Shown: one piece after another, positions 18,531-29,275 of the stretch
Layout: every line of letters begins with the position of its first letter
How positions within the stretch are numbered: position 1 is the first letter of the stretch
DNA from: a virus
Taxonomy: Duplodnaviria; Caudoviricetes
Length of the DNA stretch: 64,000 nucleotides
Reading direction: 5' to 3' (one strand)
IMG/VR virus record: IMGVR_UViG_3300013426_000026
Span: 1-64,000 of that record
Translations under genes and position numbers: made by a program
Notes under the pieces: generated by a model
What the model was told of the DNA's origin: nothing
The model's database searches: none
What the model saw: the letters and a program-made list of their open reading frames with translations, nothing else

Positions 18531-19211
18531 TCCTTTACATATTATTTGACTGTCAGTGGTCAGCTGTCCGTGTCGCTATCTGCCATAGGCGTTGGACTGC
18601 CCTATAGCTTGCACCGCTCTTTTCCATGTTCTACCATCGCGCCCGCTGAGCGGTGCAGGCGTTCGGCTTAAATTCACTTGTCAAGGTGCAGTCCGGAGTT
18701 TCCTAATTTTTTCTTATCCCCCTCTTTCTCCGGCGGTCTTGTGTTTGGCTTGTTTCGTTGTACTCATTGTAGCACCTTGTGTTCTGCTTGTCAAGAACTT
18801 TTTTTCTGGAAATTTTCTGGAAAAGTTCTCGGCTTGCGTTTCGCGGTGTCCCTTGCTGAGTACACGCCTATTATAGCGCCGGAGTTTTCAAAAGTCAACA
18901 CTAAAATCTGGAAAATGAGAACTTTTTTTTGAGGGGAGTTGATTCGCGCCGACCATGCGCACGCACGCACGCGCGTATACATTATATACATTTTCTGCTT
19001 TAATACTTTAGCGAAATAAAGTAGGGGCGGGGTGTTTTCAGGATGGAAATTTCTGGAAATGGTAAATACTGGTTTGCCTGGAAAATAAAAATCCTAAAGT
19101 CATTTTCAATTTTAAATTACGAGTAAAAATCAAATCAAAAATAAATCCTAAAGTTATTTCTAGTTTGGAAATATAATTATTAAATTATAAATAAAAAAAA
19201 TGGAGCAAGAA

Positions 19212-19445
19212 TTAATCTTGCTCCTTAATTACTTTGTATCCGTTCTGCTCTAATGCTTCTTTAGCTTTGGCCAATTCATCGCTAGCTTCCGGACATTCGA
19301 TACATAAATAAACTTTACCGTCTTTTTGTTCCAAGAAAAACTCATAATTGCGTCCTAAAGTCATATGTAAATCAGAACGCAATTTAGAAGGAATCATTAG
19401 TCTACCTACGGTATCAAGTTTTCTTGTATAGGAAGTCGTTTCCAT
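19212..19445 (-). CDS. AbrB/SpoVT/MazE-family transcription regulator
   Basis: TRKLDTVGRLMIPSKLRSDL matches the AbrB RKVDxLGRxVIPxELR signature. Confidence 0.85.
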   Translation of the reverse strand: METTSYTRKLDTVGRLMIPSKLRSDLHMTLGRNYEFFLEQKDGKVYLCIECPEASDELAKAKEALEQNGYKVIKEQD

Positions 19446-19559
19446 ACATTGCTCACTCCTTTTCTATAGTCTTATTAGGGAAGAGTACGAGCCATTCCCT
19501 TTTTCTAATAATATTATACAAAATTTTTCACCCTTTGTCAATTTTTTCTTAACAAAATC

Positions 19560-19973
19560 TTAACATGGAGAAATTACTCCTTTGTCTTGGTCGAATCTAT
19601 AACTAAAATGTCCATTGGCAAATTTATATACTTCAACTTCGGAGATAATATATTGTTCTTCTCTTTTTATTTGATTATCTCCAAAAGTAATGCCAATTGG
19701 GTCGCCCTCATTTTCATATTTAGATAAATCAAATTGCGTAAAAATATCTTTACTTTTTACTGCGCGAACTATACCTGTTCCTTTATAAATGCCTTCCAAT
19801 CCGCCGTTAAATTCTATCAATTTTTTATCATCTTTAAAATTTAAAAAATCTTCATATGCCTTATTATATTCTTTAAAATACTTCTCGCGCTTAATCGCTT
19901 TTATAATGGCTTTCGCGCCTTCATAGATACCAAGCGCGCATATACCTCCAAGAAGGCCTTGGGCAAACTTCAT
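19560..19973 (-). CDS. hypothetical protein with N-terminal hydrophobic anchor
   Basis: AGGAGG RBS, 137 aa. Confidence 0.7.
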   Translation of the reverse strand: MKFAQGLLGGICALGIYEGAKAIIKAIKREKYFKEYNKAYEDFLNFKDDKKLIEFNGGLEGIYKGTGIVRAVKSKDIFTQFDLSKYENEGDPIGITFGDNQIKREEQYIISEVEVYKFANGHFSYRFDQDKGVISPC

Positions 19974-20291
19974 TAATCGTTCCTCCTTAATTCTTATATT
20001 ATATAAGTATAATTATTTTTTCTTATGCTTATCCTCGCCAGTATAAACTCCTTTTCTTTTGGGTTTTTCTCCCCACAAAGCAATATAAACAGCGGAAGTT
20101 GCGCTATTAGTTGCTCTTCTTTTGGCATTAGATGCCATACTACCAAGGATACCTCTAGGTTTTCTCATAATTATTACTCCTTTTTTTATTATCTATTTGT
20201 TAATTATATTATATAAAAAAATAGGAAATTTTTCAATTAATACTTTTTATATAAAATTAAATAGCTGTCAATTATCACGCTTTGGCCAAGG

Positions 20292-20320
20292 TTGACATTG
20301 AAAAAATTTTGTGTTATAAT
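20292..20320 (+). promoter_or_regulatory. sigmaA consensus promoter opening the rightward unit
   Basis: TTGACA-17bp-TATAAT with extended TG. Confidence 0.85.
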
Positions 20321-20350
20321 AAATTATAAAAGGATTGGAGGGAAATAATC

Positions 20351-21406
20351 TTGATAAAATTAGATTATACTCTTGAAACTCCTGAAGAAAGAAATGAATT
20401 AGTCAGAAAAATTTTAGAAGAAAATCCCGACCCAAATGATAAATATTTGGAAATTCTTGCAGACTATTTAATTCTTTGTATGGAGAAACAAGAAAAAAAA
20501 GAAAAAAAGATATTAACTGATAATAGATTAATGACAGTTAATAAACGTGAAACTTCTTTTGAAGGTCTTGTTTCCCAATTAGAAAATGGTGAAGATGGTA
20601 TTTATAATTTAATTAATAGCGATAAAAATATGATATTTTAGCCTAAAATAACAATTACAAAGAAAGATTTAGAAGATATTCCATGTTTACAATAGTTAAA
20701 AGATACTATTACCCTTTGGGAAACAAAAATGAAAACAGTAAGTGGTAAAGATGCCTTTACTATGAAGCGCGCGCTTATTGAAATGCGCAAAGACCAATAT
20801 GTAATTAAAAATGCTTATCGGAAACCAATAGTGCCGATTAAATTAACTCGTTCTAAATACAAAGTTGTTTTGGATGAAGATGTTAAGACATTTGATGATG
20901 ACGGCTATCCTATTCCAGAAGGCGTATCATTAATGAATCCTGATATTTGCTCTTGTATTTTATGCAATTATTCGCGTTTAAAAGAAGATAGCTGGGACCG
21001 CTTTGAAGATGATACTTGGTATTTAATTTATGATTTTGAACAAACTTGCGATGAAGCCTTGGCTGACCATCCTATGTTAATGCGTATCGTAGAATATAAA
21101 ATTGATGGTTTGTCTAACGCCGATATACAAGAAGCAATTGAAGCGGAATTTGGTATAAAACATAGCCTTGAATATATTTCAAGTTTATTCCGTAATAAAA
21201 TTCCTAAGTTAATTGCGAGTAAAGCCATCGATAAATATTTAGAATGGTATTATTCAACTTAGGCACAAGGCACTTATAAAAAATGTAGCCGATGTGGGCA
21301 AGTTAAGTTAGCGCATAATAAGTATTTTTCTTTAAATAAAACAAGTAAAGATGGTTTTTATTCTATCTGTAAAGAGTGCCGGAATAAAAGCCGTAAACTT
21401 AATTAA
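20351..21406 (+). CDS. putative transcription regulator, HTH-like segment plus C-terminal CxxC..CxxC zinc finger (TAG=Gln, 351 aa)
   Basis: joins track ORFs 20351 and 20729 through TAG at 20639, 20693 and 21260; GLSNADIQ...SLEYISSL; CSRC...CKEC. Confidence 0.7.
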
Positions 21407-21429
21407 TTTAGAGAAAGGAGCGAATTAAT

Positions 21430-22987
21430 TTGGCCGATAATAGTAAATTATATTATTGTGAAAAATGCCATAAAACGATGGATGGTGCTCAATTTTACAC
21501 TTCAAACAATTTAGAAAAATATCCTAATGACGGCAAATTGCCTCAATGTAAAAAATGTATAACTATGCATGTAAATAATTGGGACCCAAGTACGTATTTA
21601 TGGATTTTACAAGAGGCTGATGTTCCATATATTCCCGACCAATGGAATCAGCTTATGGCGAAATTCGCTAAAGACCCTAAGAAAGTAGGCGGAACTACTA
21701 TTATGGGGCGCTATCTTTCAAAAATGAAACTTAATCAGTGGAAAGAGTATCGTTGGAAAGATAGTTAGTTTTTACAAGATTTAAAAAATAAAGAAATTTC
21801 CGAAACAATGAAAAATCAAGGCTATGACATTTAGGAAATAACTAAAGTTATTACTTAGACTTCATTCGATATGCCGACCGAGGAACTTGCTTAGCCGGAA
21901 GTACCTGCGGCGATTGGTGAAGCAAACATAGCTGATTATTCAATTCAACCACCTCCTCCGCCTCCTGGAATGAGTACCGCGGATGAAGATTATTTTAAAG
22001 ATAAACTTGATTTTGATGTGCCGGATCTAGGTGCGGAATTAACTGATGAAGATAAGCGTTATCTTTATTTAAAGTGGGGTAAAGGTTATACTCCTGATGA
22101 ATGGGTGCGCTTAGAGCAATTATTTAATGAAATGATGTAGTCTTATGATATTTAGTCGGCAGGCCACATTGATACATTAAAACTTGCTTGTAAGACATCA
22201 TTAAAATCTAATCAATTGCTCGATATAGGCGATAAATAATATCTATGTCGCCTTTAAACTCTTTTAATTGCTGGAAACCCCTTAGAGCTACATCAACCAC
22301 AACGTAGTCATGAAATATGGGCAAGCGTGATGGTTTGAAAATGATATGGATTGGGCAATCAGCAACTAAGGCTCGAATAGAGCAAAGCTCAACGACTAGT
22401 CGAAAGACGTAGGGGCAAGCGCCTCGAAATGGAGAGCATCTTTTTAAATTATTGGTAAAAGATGAAGATATAGTCTGAACTTTATAGAAATATAAAGAAA
22501 AAGCAGTAGCGATGCTTTAAACAAAATTATGGTAGACGGCGCCCAAAAGATGGTAAAAATGTATGATTAGTTGATGAAGAGTGGTAAATTTACTGCTGCT
22601 CAAAATAAAGAAGAATCGGGCGATTTTGTTGACTCTGTTGGTGAATTAATAGAAATGTGTGAAAAACAAGGATACATTGAACGATTTTATATTGATTCAC
22701 CAAATGATAAAGTAGATTTTACTATTCAAGATATGCAAAAATATACAAGAACTTTAATTGAGCGAGAAACTAATCTTGGACCTATGATTGAATAGGCTTT
22801 AACTCAAAATGCTAAAGAAGATGCAGCAGCTAAAGAAAATACAGAAGATACCATCGTCGATGATGCTGATTTATCTATTGAGGATATGGAAAAAACATTA
22901 AATGACAATGATTATGTTGCTTTTGACGAATTTTTAGATAATGAAGCTGAATTAGATATAGATGCTTTCTCTGATAGGGAGGATTAA
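21430..22987 (+). CDS. putative terminase small subunit-like protein, spliced (21430-22233 + 22532-22987; TAG=Gln)
   Basis: N-terminal CxxC..CxxC; lies immediately upstream of TerL; removing the intron restores the frame LLDIGD|VDGAQKM. The function is inferred from position only. Confidence 0.65.
22234..22531 (+). ncRNA. group I intron without ORF (298 nt)
   Basis: P1 GGCGAU/GUCGCC with U.G; P AATTGCTGGAAAC, Q AATCAGCAACT, R TCAACGACTA, S AAGATATAGTCT; terminal G; P10 GUAGA/UCUAU. Confidence 0.9.
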
Positions 22988-22990
22988 TTT

Positions 22991-25900
22991 ATGGCTTTAC
23001 AAGACTTATTAGATTTATCATAGACTCATAAAAAAATTGGTCTATCGGAAGAGCGCGTAAATGCGGTAATGCCTGTTATTAGAAAATATACAGCTTTTTG
23101 GCGCGAATACCCTGATTTATTTGTAGATTTTATGGTAAGAGGAACTCGCGTAGAAGCTAAAGAAGGAGAATTTAAATTTTATTTTTATCAAAGAGTTTTT
23201 CTTCGTTCGGTTATGCGATATTAGTACATATACTGTGTGTTTCCCCGAGCCTACAGCAAGTCCTTTTTATCAGTTATGGCTTTAATGGTTAGGTGTATTC
23301 TTTATCCTGGCGTCCATTTATTTGTTACTTCTGGTGGCAAAGAGCGAACTACTTTGCTCTGCATTATAGCAATATAGTGAAAAATAAAGTTTTTGAACTG
23401 CTGGAAAATCTGAAAGCTTCGTGACTACAATATGAATAATTACTCTAAATTTATATGAATGTGTTGAAAAACAGAAAAAACAACGAAGATGAGATATGAA
23501 GAAATTCTAAGTCTTAATAAAAGATAATCAGCAACTAAGCAAGGAGAGTAAATAAATGAGAAAATTAATATTAAAAGAATTTTAGGATAGAGTTAATAAA
23601 GCTCATCCAAAAGAATAGCTATTAGTGATTAAGTATACTTCTCGATTGGAAAATTGTGAAGTAAAATGTTTAAAATGCAATTCTATTTATATTAAAAAGG
23701 GTTATAATTTTTTAGATGATAGGAAAGTAAGTATCTGTAAGAAATGTTTTCCCACTCAAGAAGGTGTGTTTAAAAATGGTTATGTCCCTCCGGAGGGGTA
23801 TACTTTGATAGAACCATACTAGGGCGCCCATAAAAATATCCTCGTAAGACATAAATGTGGATTTATTTGGAAAGTCAAACCTAATAATTTAAATTTTGGT
23901 AAAGGATGTCCTAAATGTAGTAAAAAAATGTCTAAAGGCGAACAAAAAATTATTAATTATTTAGAAAAAAATTAGATAGAATATAAATTTTAGATACCTA
24001 TTTAGTTAGAAGGACATAGTTTAGTTGTGGATTTTTATTTACCAGATTTTGATTTATATATAGAATATAACGGAGAATAGCATTATCGTCCTATAGAGCA
24101 TTTTGGCGGTATCGAAAAATTTAATAAATAGATTGAAAATGATAAATTAAAATAGAGGCATTTTAATAATTTATTGGTAATTTCTTATTTAGATTTTGAT
24201 AAAATAGATCAAATCCTTGAAAGCTCAACGACCATCCCAATTGGGAGTAGGGACAAGCGTCCCGAAGTGGAAACTATCTAAATTTAGATAATGATATGGT
24301 CTAATCTATATAGAAATATATAGCATTCTTTTGAAGAATGGCTAAAAAGTAGCGACTTTTAGTTAATAAAATGAAGGTGCTAGTATTTTGCATGATAAGG
24401 TTCACGAAATATGTGATTTAATTCCAAGCTTTAAACGCGAAATAGTCTGGGGCCGTGGACAAAAGTCTACTCAAGAAGGTAAGGATAGAGTGCGTTATGT
24501 GTTTAAAAATGGCTCCGTCCTTGATAATTTAGCGGCTAGAGAAAGTACTCGTGGTTAGCGTCGCAATGGCGGCTTGATGGAAGAATGCGTAGGTATTGAT
24601 GATTAGATTTTGCGCGAAGTTATTATTCCTGTTATGGCTATTGATAGACGTGCAAAAGATGGCACTACGCATGAAGAAGAACCAGTTAATAAGAGCCAAA
24701 TTTATATTACCACAGCAGGCTATAAAAATACATATCCTTATGATAGACTTATTGGTTTATTAGTTCGTATGGTTACATAGCCTGACCGTTGTATGGTTCT
24801 TGGGGGTACTTGGCGTACTCCAGTGGCGGTTGGCTTACAAAGAAAAACTTTTATTGAAGACCAAAAACAAGAAGGAACATTTAATGAAGCTTCGTTCGAA
24901 CGTGAGTATAAAAATGACTTGTACTCATTAAATATCGTGAATTGCTGGGAACTCCTTAGAGCTTCATAAACTACAGCATAGCTATGAAAAATAAGCAAGT
25001 GCGAATGTATAAAAATTATGAAGATTGGATAATCAGCATCTAAGACCCGAATAGGGTAAAGATCAACGACTATTTTTTAACAATGCGTTAAAAAGCGCGA
25101 TACTACATAGAAAGAAGGTTGTTATTATTGAAACAAATAGTTGTCAATAATTTTAGTACCTGGTATTATATTACCGAAGATGGCAAATGCTATAATAAGA
25201 AAACAAATAGATATTTAAAAGGATAGATTAACTATAAAACTGGTTATTTAACTTATTGGATAACTTTACCTGATGGAACTAAAAAACGCATTTCTGCTCA
25301 TCGAGCAGTGGCTAATGCATTTATTTTAAATTCAGAAAATAAAAAAGAAGTAAACCATAAAGATGGAAATAAGTTGAATAATTGTGCTGATAATTTGGAA
25401 TGGGCAACGCCTAAAGAAAATTAGCAACATGTTTTAGAGAAAGAACTAAGAAAATTTAAACATATTTTTTGTTTTAATAAAAATTAGCAATTGGTAGCTG
25501 AATATAAAAATATTATAGAAGCATCTAATGCTACTGGAATTGCAAAATCTATTATTGTCTAGGAAGTTAATAAAGAGATTAAAACATTAAGTGGCGGTTT
25601 TTATTGGTCTTATGAAAAAGAGTTAGGTCAAATAAAAAACTATAAAAATTTGGGTAAAAGTAAAAAAGTTAATCAATATACTTTAAATGGAAAATATATT
25701 AATACTTATAATTCTGTTGGTGAGGCTAGTAGATCATTGGGTATTAATCATTCTCATATTAGCGAATGCTGCCGTGGTAAAATTAAATCATATAAAAATT
25801 TTATATGGAGATATGTAGATGATATAGTCTTAACTCTTAATGAAAATTAAGAGAAGGTTATGCGAACCTTGTAAAATAATTAGAGTCTTTATGGACAGGC

Positions 25901-27140
25901 GCCGTAGAAGATGCTTTCTTTAATGTAGAAACTTTTAATAACAATAGAGTTTTAAATCAACCCGAGTATGAAGCATCAGGCCGTTCAAGTAAGTTATCTT
26001 ATTATATTTTGGCTGTTGATGTTGGCCGAAAAGGGTAGATTATACATGCCCTTGTAAAATCTCTTTAATTGCTGGAAACTCTTATATTAATATTTAATAT
26101 AAGACAATCAGCAACCAAGAATTAAAAAGTGTGTGATAATGTTGGATAGCATTGTATAATTGTTTTACCATGATTTTCATTATTATATGAAAGGTGGTAT
26201 AAAATTGAATATAAATGAAATGCATGAAATTAAAGTAAAAAATTATACTTTTTAATTAAGGCTCAACGACTATCCCGGAAGGGAGTACATTACAAGCGAT
26301 TGGTAATGGAAAAGGGAGACATTTATTAAATAAATAAATGAAGATATAGTCTCATCTCTATGGCGACATAGAGCAGTTCATAAGAGAACGTATTTAGCGT
26401 AGCGAACTAAGTAGAAGATAAATGGTGATACTGTTATTTGTGTTTTTAAAGTAACTCCACAACCGCATGGCGATCCTATTAAAAGTTTAGTTAATATATA
26501 TACAATGAGCGATACTCATTTTGAAGATTAGGCAATTAAACTTAAAAAGCTATATTATAAATATAAAGCTCGTAGAATAGTAATAGACGCTAACGGCTTA
26601 GGCGTTGGATTAGTTGATTTTATGGTTAAACCACAAATTAATCCCGATACTTTAGAAGTTATTCCTGATTTTGGCGTTTATGGTGGCACTTAGGATGATG
26701 CCGTTTAGGAATATAAAAAATATAAAACAGCAGGAACTGAAGTTGATGCTTTATATTTAATGAAGGCTAATGCCCCAGTTAATACCGAAGCCCATACTAT
26801 TACTCAGTCTGTACTTAATTCAGGTAAAATTAAATTTTTAATTGATGAAAGAACAGCTAAATAGAAATTATTATCAACAAAAGTTGGATAGAATATGACT
26901 ACTGAAGCTCGTTAGGATTATTTAAGGCCTTTTACATTAACTACGGCTCTGCGTGAAGAAATAATGAATTTGCGCGAAGAAAATGAAGGATTAAATATTA
27001 TTTTAAAACAAGCAAATAAAACTATTAAAAAGGATAAATTTTCAGCTTTAGAATATGGATTATATTATATTAAAAAAGAAGAAGAAGATAAAAAGAAAAA
27101 GAAAAAATTTAGAGCTTCAGATTGGATGTTTATGAATTAA
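22991..27140 (+). CDS. terL: terminase large subunit, 4 exons (22991-23345, 24374-24909, 25883-26036, 26425-27140; ~586 aa; TAG=Gln)
   Basis: Walker A-like PRAYSKS, RGQR...LMEE Walker B, ITTAG coupling motif, nuclease LAVDVGR, VIDANGLG and KDKFSALEY. Confidence 0.9.
23346..24373 (+). ncRNA. group I intron 1 of terL carrying an endonuclease ORF
   Basis: P GAACTGCTGGAAA, Q AATCAGCAACT, R TCAACGACCA and S GATATGGTCT (compensatory P7 change); removal gives GGKE-Q-GASIL. Confidence 0.85.
23556..24281 (+). CDS. intron-encoded zinc-ribbon plus Vsr-like/PD-(D/E)XK homing endonuclease (TAG=Gln, 241 aa)
   Basis: AAGGAG RBS; CxxC pairs, GCPKC..SKGE, DFYLP and IEYNGE[TAG]HY. Confidence 0.8.
24910..25882 (+). 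ncRNA. group I intron 2 of terL carrying an HNH ORF
   Basis: P1 UGAGUAU/GUACUCA with U.G; P AATTGCTGGGAA, Q AATCAGCATC, R TCAACGACTA, S GATATAGTCT; 3' boundary is 25882 or 25885 (see findings). Confidence 0.85.
25128..25850 (+). CDS. intron-encoded HNH homing endonuclease with NUMOD1-like C-terminal repeats (I-HmuI-like; TAG=Gln, 240 aa)
   Basis: AHRAVANAF...VNHKDGNKLNNCADNLEW; VNQYTLNGKYINTYNSVGEA...ISECCRG. Confidence 0.85.
26037..26424 (+). ncRNA. group I intron 3 of terL (388 nt, only a remnant ORF)
   Basis: P1 AAGGGU/GCCCUU with U.G; P, Q, R and S elements present; terminal G; removal gives DVGRKG-C-DTVICVFKV. Confidence 0.9.
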
Positions 27141-27228
27141 ATTTAGGGCAACTCTTATTATTCCTTTAAGCTTATTTTTAAAGGAATAATAAGGGGAAAT
27201 TTATTAAAATAGAGAGGAGGCCTAAAGG

Positions 27229-27585
27229 ATGAATGCCAGTAGAGGCGAAATTAAGATAAGAGAAATACTTGAAGAAGCCGGATTAAATTTTAAAATGGAA
27301 TACATTTTTCCTGATTTAAAAACAAGTCATGGGCGTCCTTTGCGTTTTGATTTTGTTATATTTGATGATGATGGGAATATTGATTTTCTTATTGAATATC
27401 AAGGGAAATAGCATTATGAGCCAAGCAATAAGTTTGGAGGAAAAAGAGGTTTTTTCCAATAGCAATATAACGATAATTAGAAACGTCGATTTTGTGCTTT
27501 GCACGATTTACGTTTAATAGAAATCCCGTACACTGAAGAAAATTTAATTTCTTATGATTATATCATGAAGAAAGCTGGATATTAA
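27229..27585 (+). CDS. small free-standing Vsr-like/PD-(D/E)XK endonuclease (TAG=Gln, 118 aa)
   Basis: SRGE..I, LRFDF, IEYQGK[TAG]HY, D..K..FC and LIEIPY. Confidence 0.8.
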
Positions 27586-27609
27586 ATATAAAGAAGGTGA
27601 AGTATAAAA

Positions 27610-29262
27610 TTGGAGAATAATAGAAATGAGCAAATCCATAAAAAGGGATTTGATATGACTTCTGGAGTAAAAGAATACTCTGTAGCTCCTGGGGAATATA
27701 AAAAAATCAAAGTTGGAGTAAAATCTCTTGATGATGCTGTATTAAATCTTGGCTCATTCAAGTGGGATACCTATGGACGTAGGAATGAAAAATATAGTCG
27801 AGAACGTATTTATACTAAACCAATGGTTATGGATGCTCTTATTAGAAATGATATAACCGAATTACGCAAAATATCTCGTTTCTTTTATAGAGTAAGCGGT
27901 ATTTATCAAACTGTATGTAATTATTTTGCTAATATGTATAGATATGATTGGTATATTGCTATATAGCATTAGCCTGGTGAAACTATTGTAGAAAGTAAAG
28001 CTTTAAAAGATTTCTGGCGTATACTTGATTTTTTAGATAATTCATACATTAGGAAAATTTGTGGGGATATTGCTTTAGAGGTTATTAAATGCGGAGCTTA
28101 CTATGGTTATATTTTGCCCTCACTAAATGGATTAGTTATTTAGCAATTGCCTATTGAGTATTGCCGTTCTAGATATAATGTAGGTAATATGCCTACTGTA
28201 GAATTCGATATGCGCTATTTTGATACTTTTGTAGATACAAATTACCGTAATAGAATTTTAAAATTATTTCCTGATGAATTTGAAACAGGCTATAGATTAT
28301 ATAAAGCTGGAAAATTAAAAGCGGATGTTGCTGGAGATAATACCGGTAGTTGGTATTTATTAGACCCTCAAAGTACTTTTAAATTTAGTTTAAATGGAAC
28401 TAATAGCACTCCTATATTTATTAATGCCATACCGGCGATTTTAGATTTAGATGCTGCGCAAGATTTAGATAGACGCAAATAGATGCAAAAATTACTTAAA
28501 ATATTGGTTTAGAAATTACCTACTGACAAAAATGGTGATTTAATTTTTGACGTTGATGAAGCAAGAGATATACATAATAATGCTGTTGAAATGCTTCGTA
28601 GAGCTGTTGGTGTTGATGTATTAACTACTTTTGCCGATGTTGATGCAATTGATACTTCTGATAAGAATACATCAGCCACAACTGATGAATTAGAACGAGT
28701 TGAACGTACAGTTTATAATGCTTTAGGCGTTTCGCGCAACTTGTTTAACACTGATGGCAATTTGTCTTTGGAAAAATCTATTTTAGATGATGAATCAACA
28801 ATGCGTAATTTGTTGTTGCAATTTCAGATATTTTTTGATAAAATAGTATAGGTGTTAAACATAAACAAGAAAAAATATAGTTTTAAATTTTATATGTTAG
28901 AAACAACACAGTATAATTATAAAGAGTTATCTAAAATGTATAAAGAACAAACATAGATTGGTAATTCTAAAATGTTAGCTCAAATTGCTCTTGGACAATC
29001 GCAAAGCTTTATTCTTAATGCCGCTCATTTTGAGAATGAAGTATTACATTTGAGTGAAATTATGATACCTCCTCTTATGAGTTCAACATTAAATGGCGAA
29101 GATATTTTGGGTAAAAAGGATTAGAGTAGTTCTAGTACTTCTCAAAATAATACAGGGACTAAAGTTGCTTCTACGGAAACTAAAGAAGCGGGTCGCCCGG
29201 AAAAACCCGATGATTAGAAAAGTGAAAAAACTATAGCTAATCGTGAATCAAGTGCAAATTAA
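27610..29262 (+). CDS. portal protein (TAG=Gln, 550 aa)
   Basis: three track ORFs in one frame joined by TAG; size and position after TerL; C-terminal AGRP motif. Confidence 0.75.
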
Positions 29263-29275
29263 AGGAGGGGAGCTT

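Larger units (their letters stand above)
5356..19541 (-). promoter_or_regulatory. array of ~17 leftward near-consensus sigmaA/sigma70 promoters
   Basis: TTGAC(A/T)-17bp-TA(T/C)AAT or close variants, often with extended TG, at 5356-5384, 6607-6635, 7694-7722, 7805-7833, 9037-9065, 9162-9190, 10289-10317, 10756-10784, 11173-11201, 12040-12068, 13159-13187, 13872-13900, 15477-15505, 15737-15765, 18766-18794, 18870-18898 and 19513-19541. Confidence 0.9.

Noticed and set aside
5462-18932. Many plus-strand ORFs in the track across the early region (for example 8484..9011, 10254..10748, 12808..13254)
   Set aside because: They are antisense shadows of minus-strand genes that have RBSs and promoters, and they lack RBSs or plausible composition.
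22991-27140. Inteins or programmed frameshifts in terL
   Set aside because: The insertions contain stop codons and group I P/Q/R/S elements, and I saw no intein terminal motifs.
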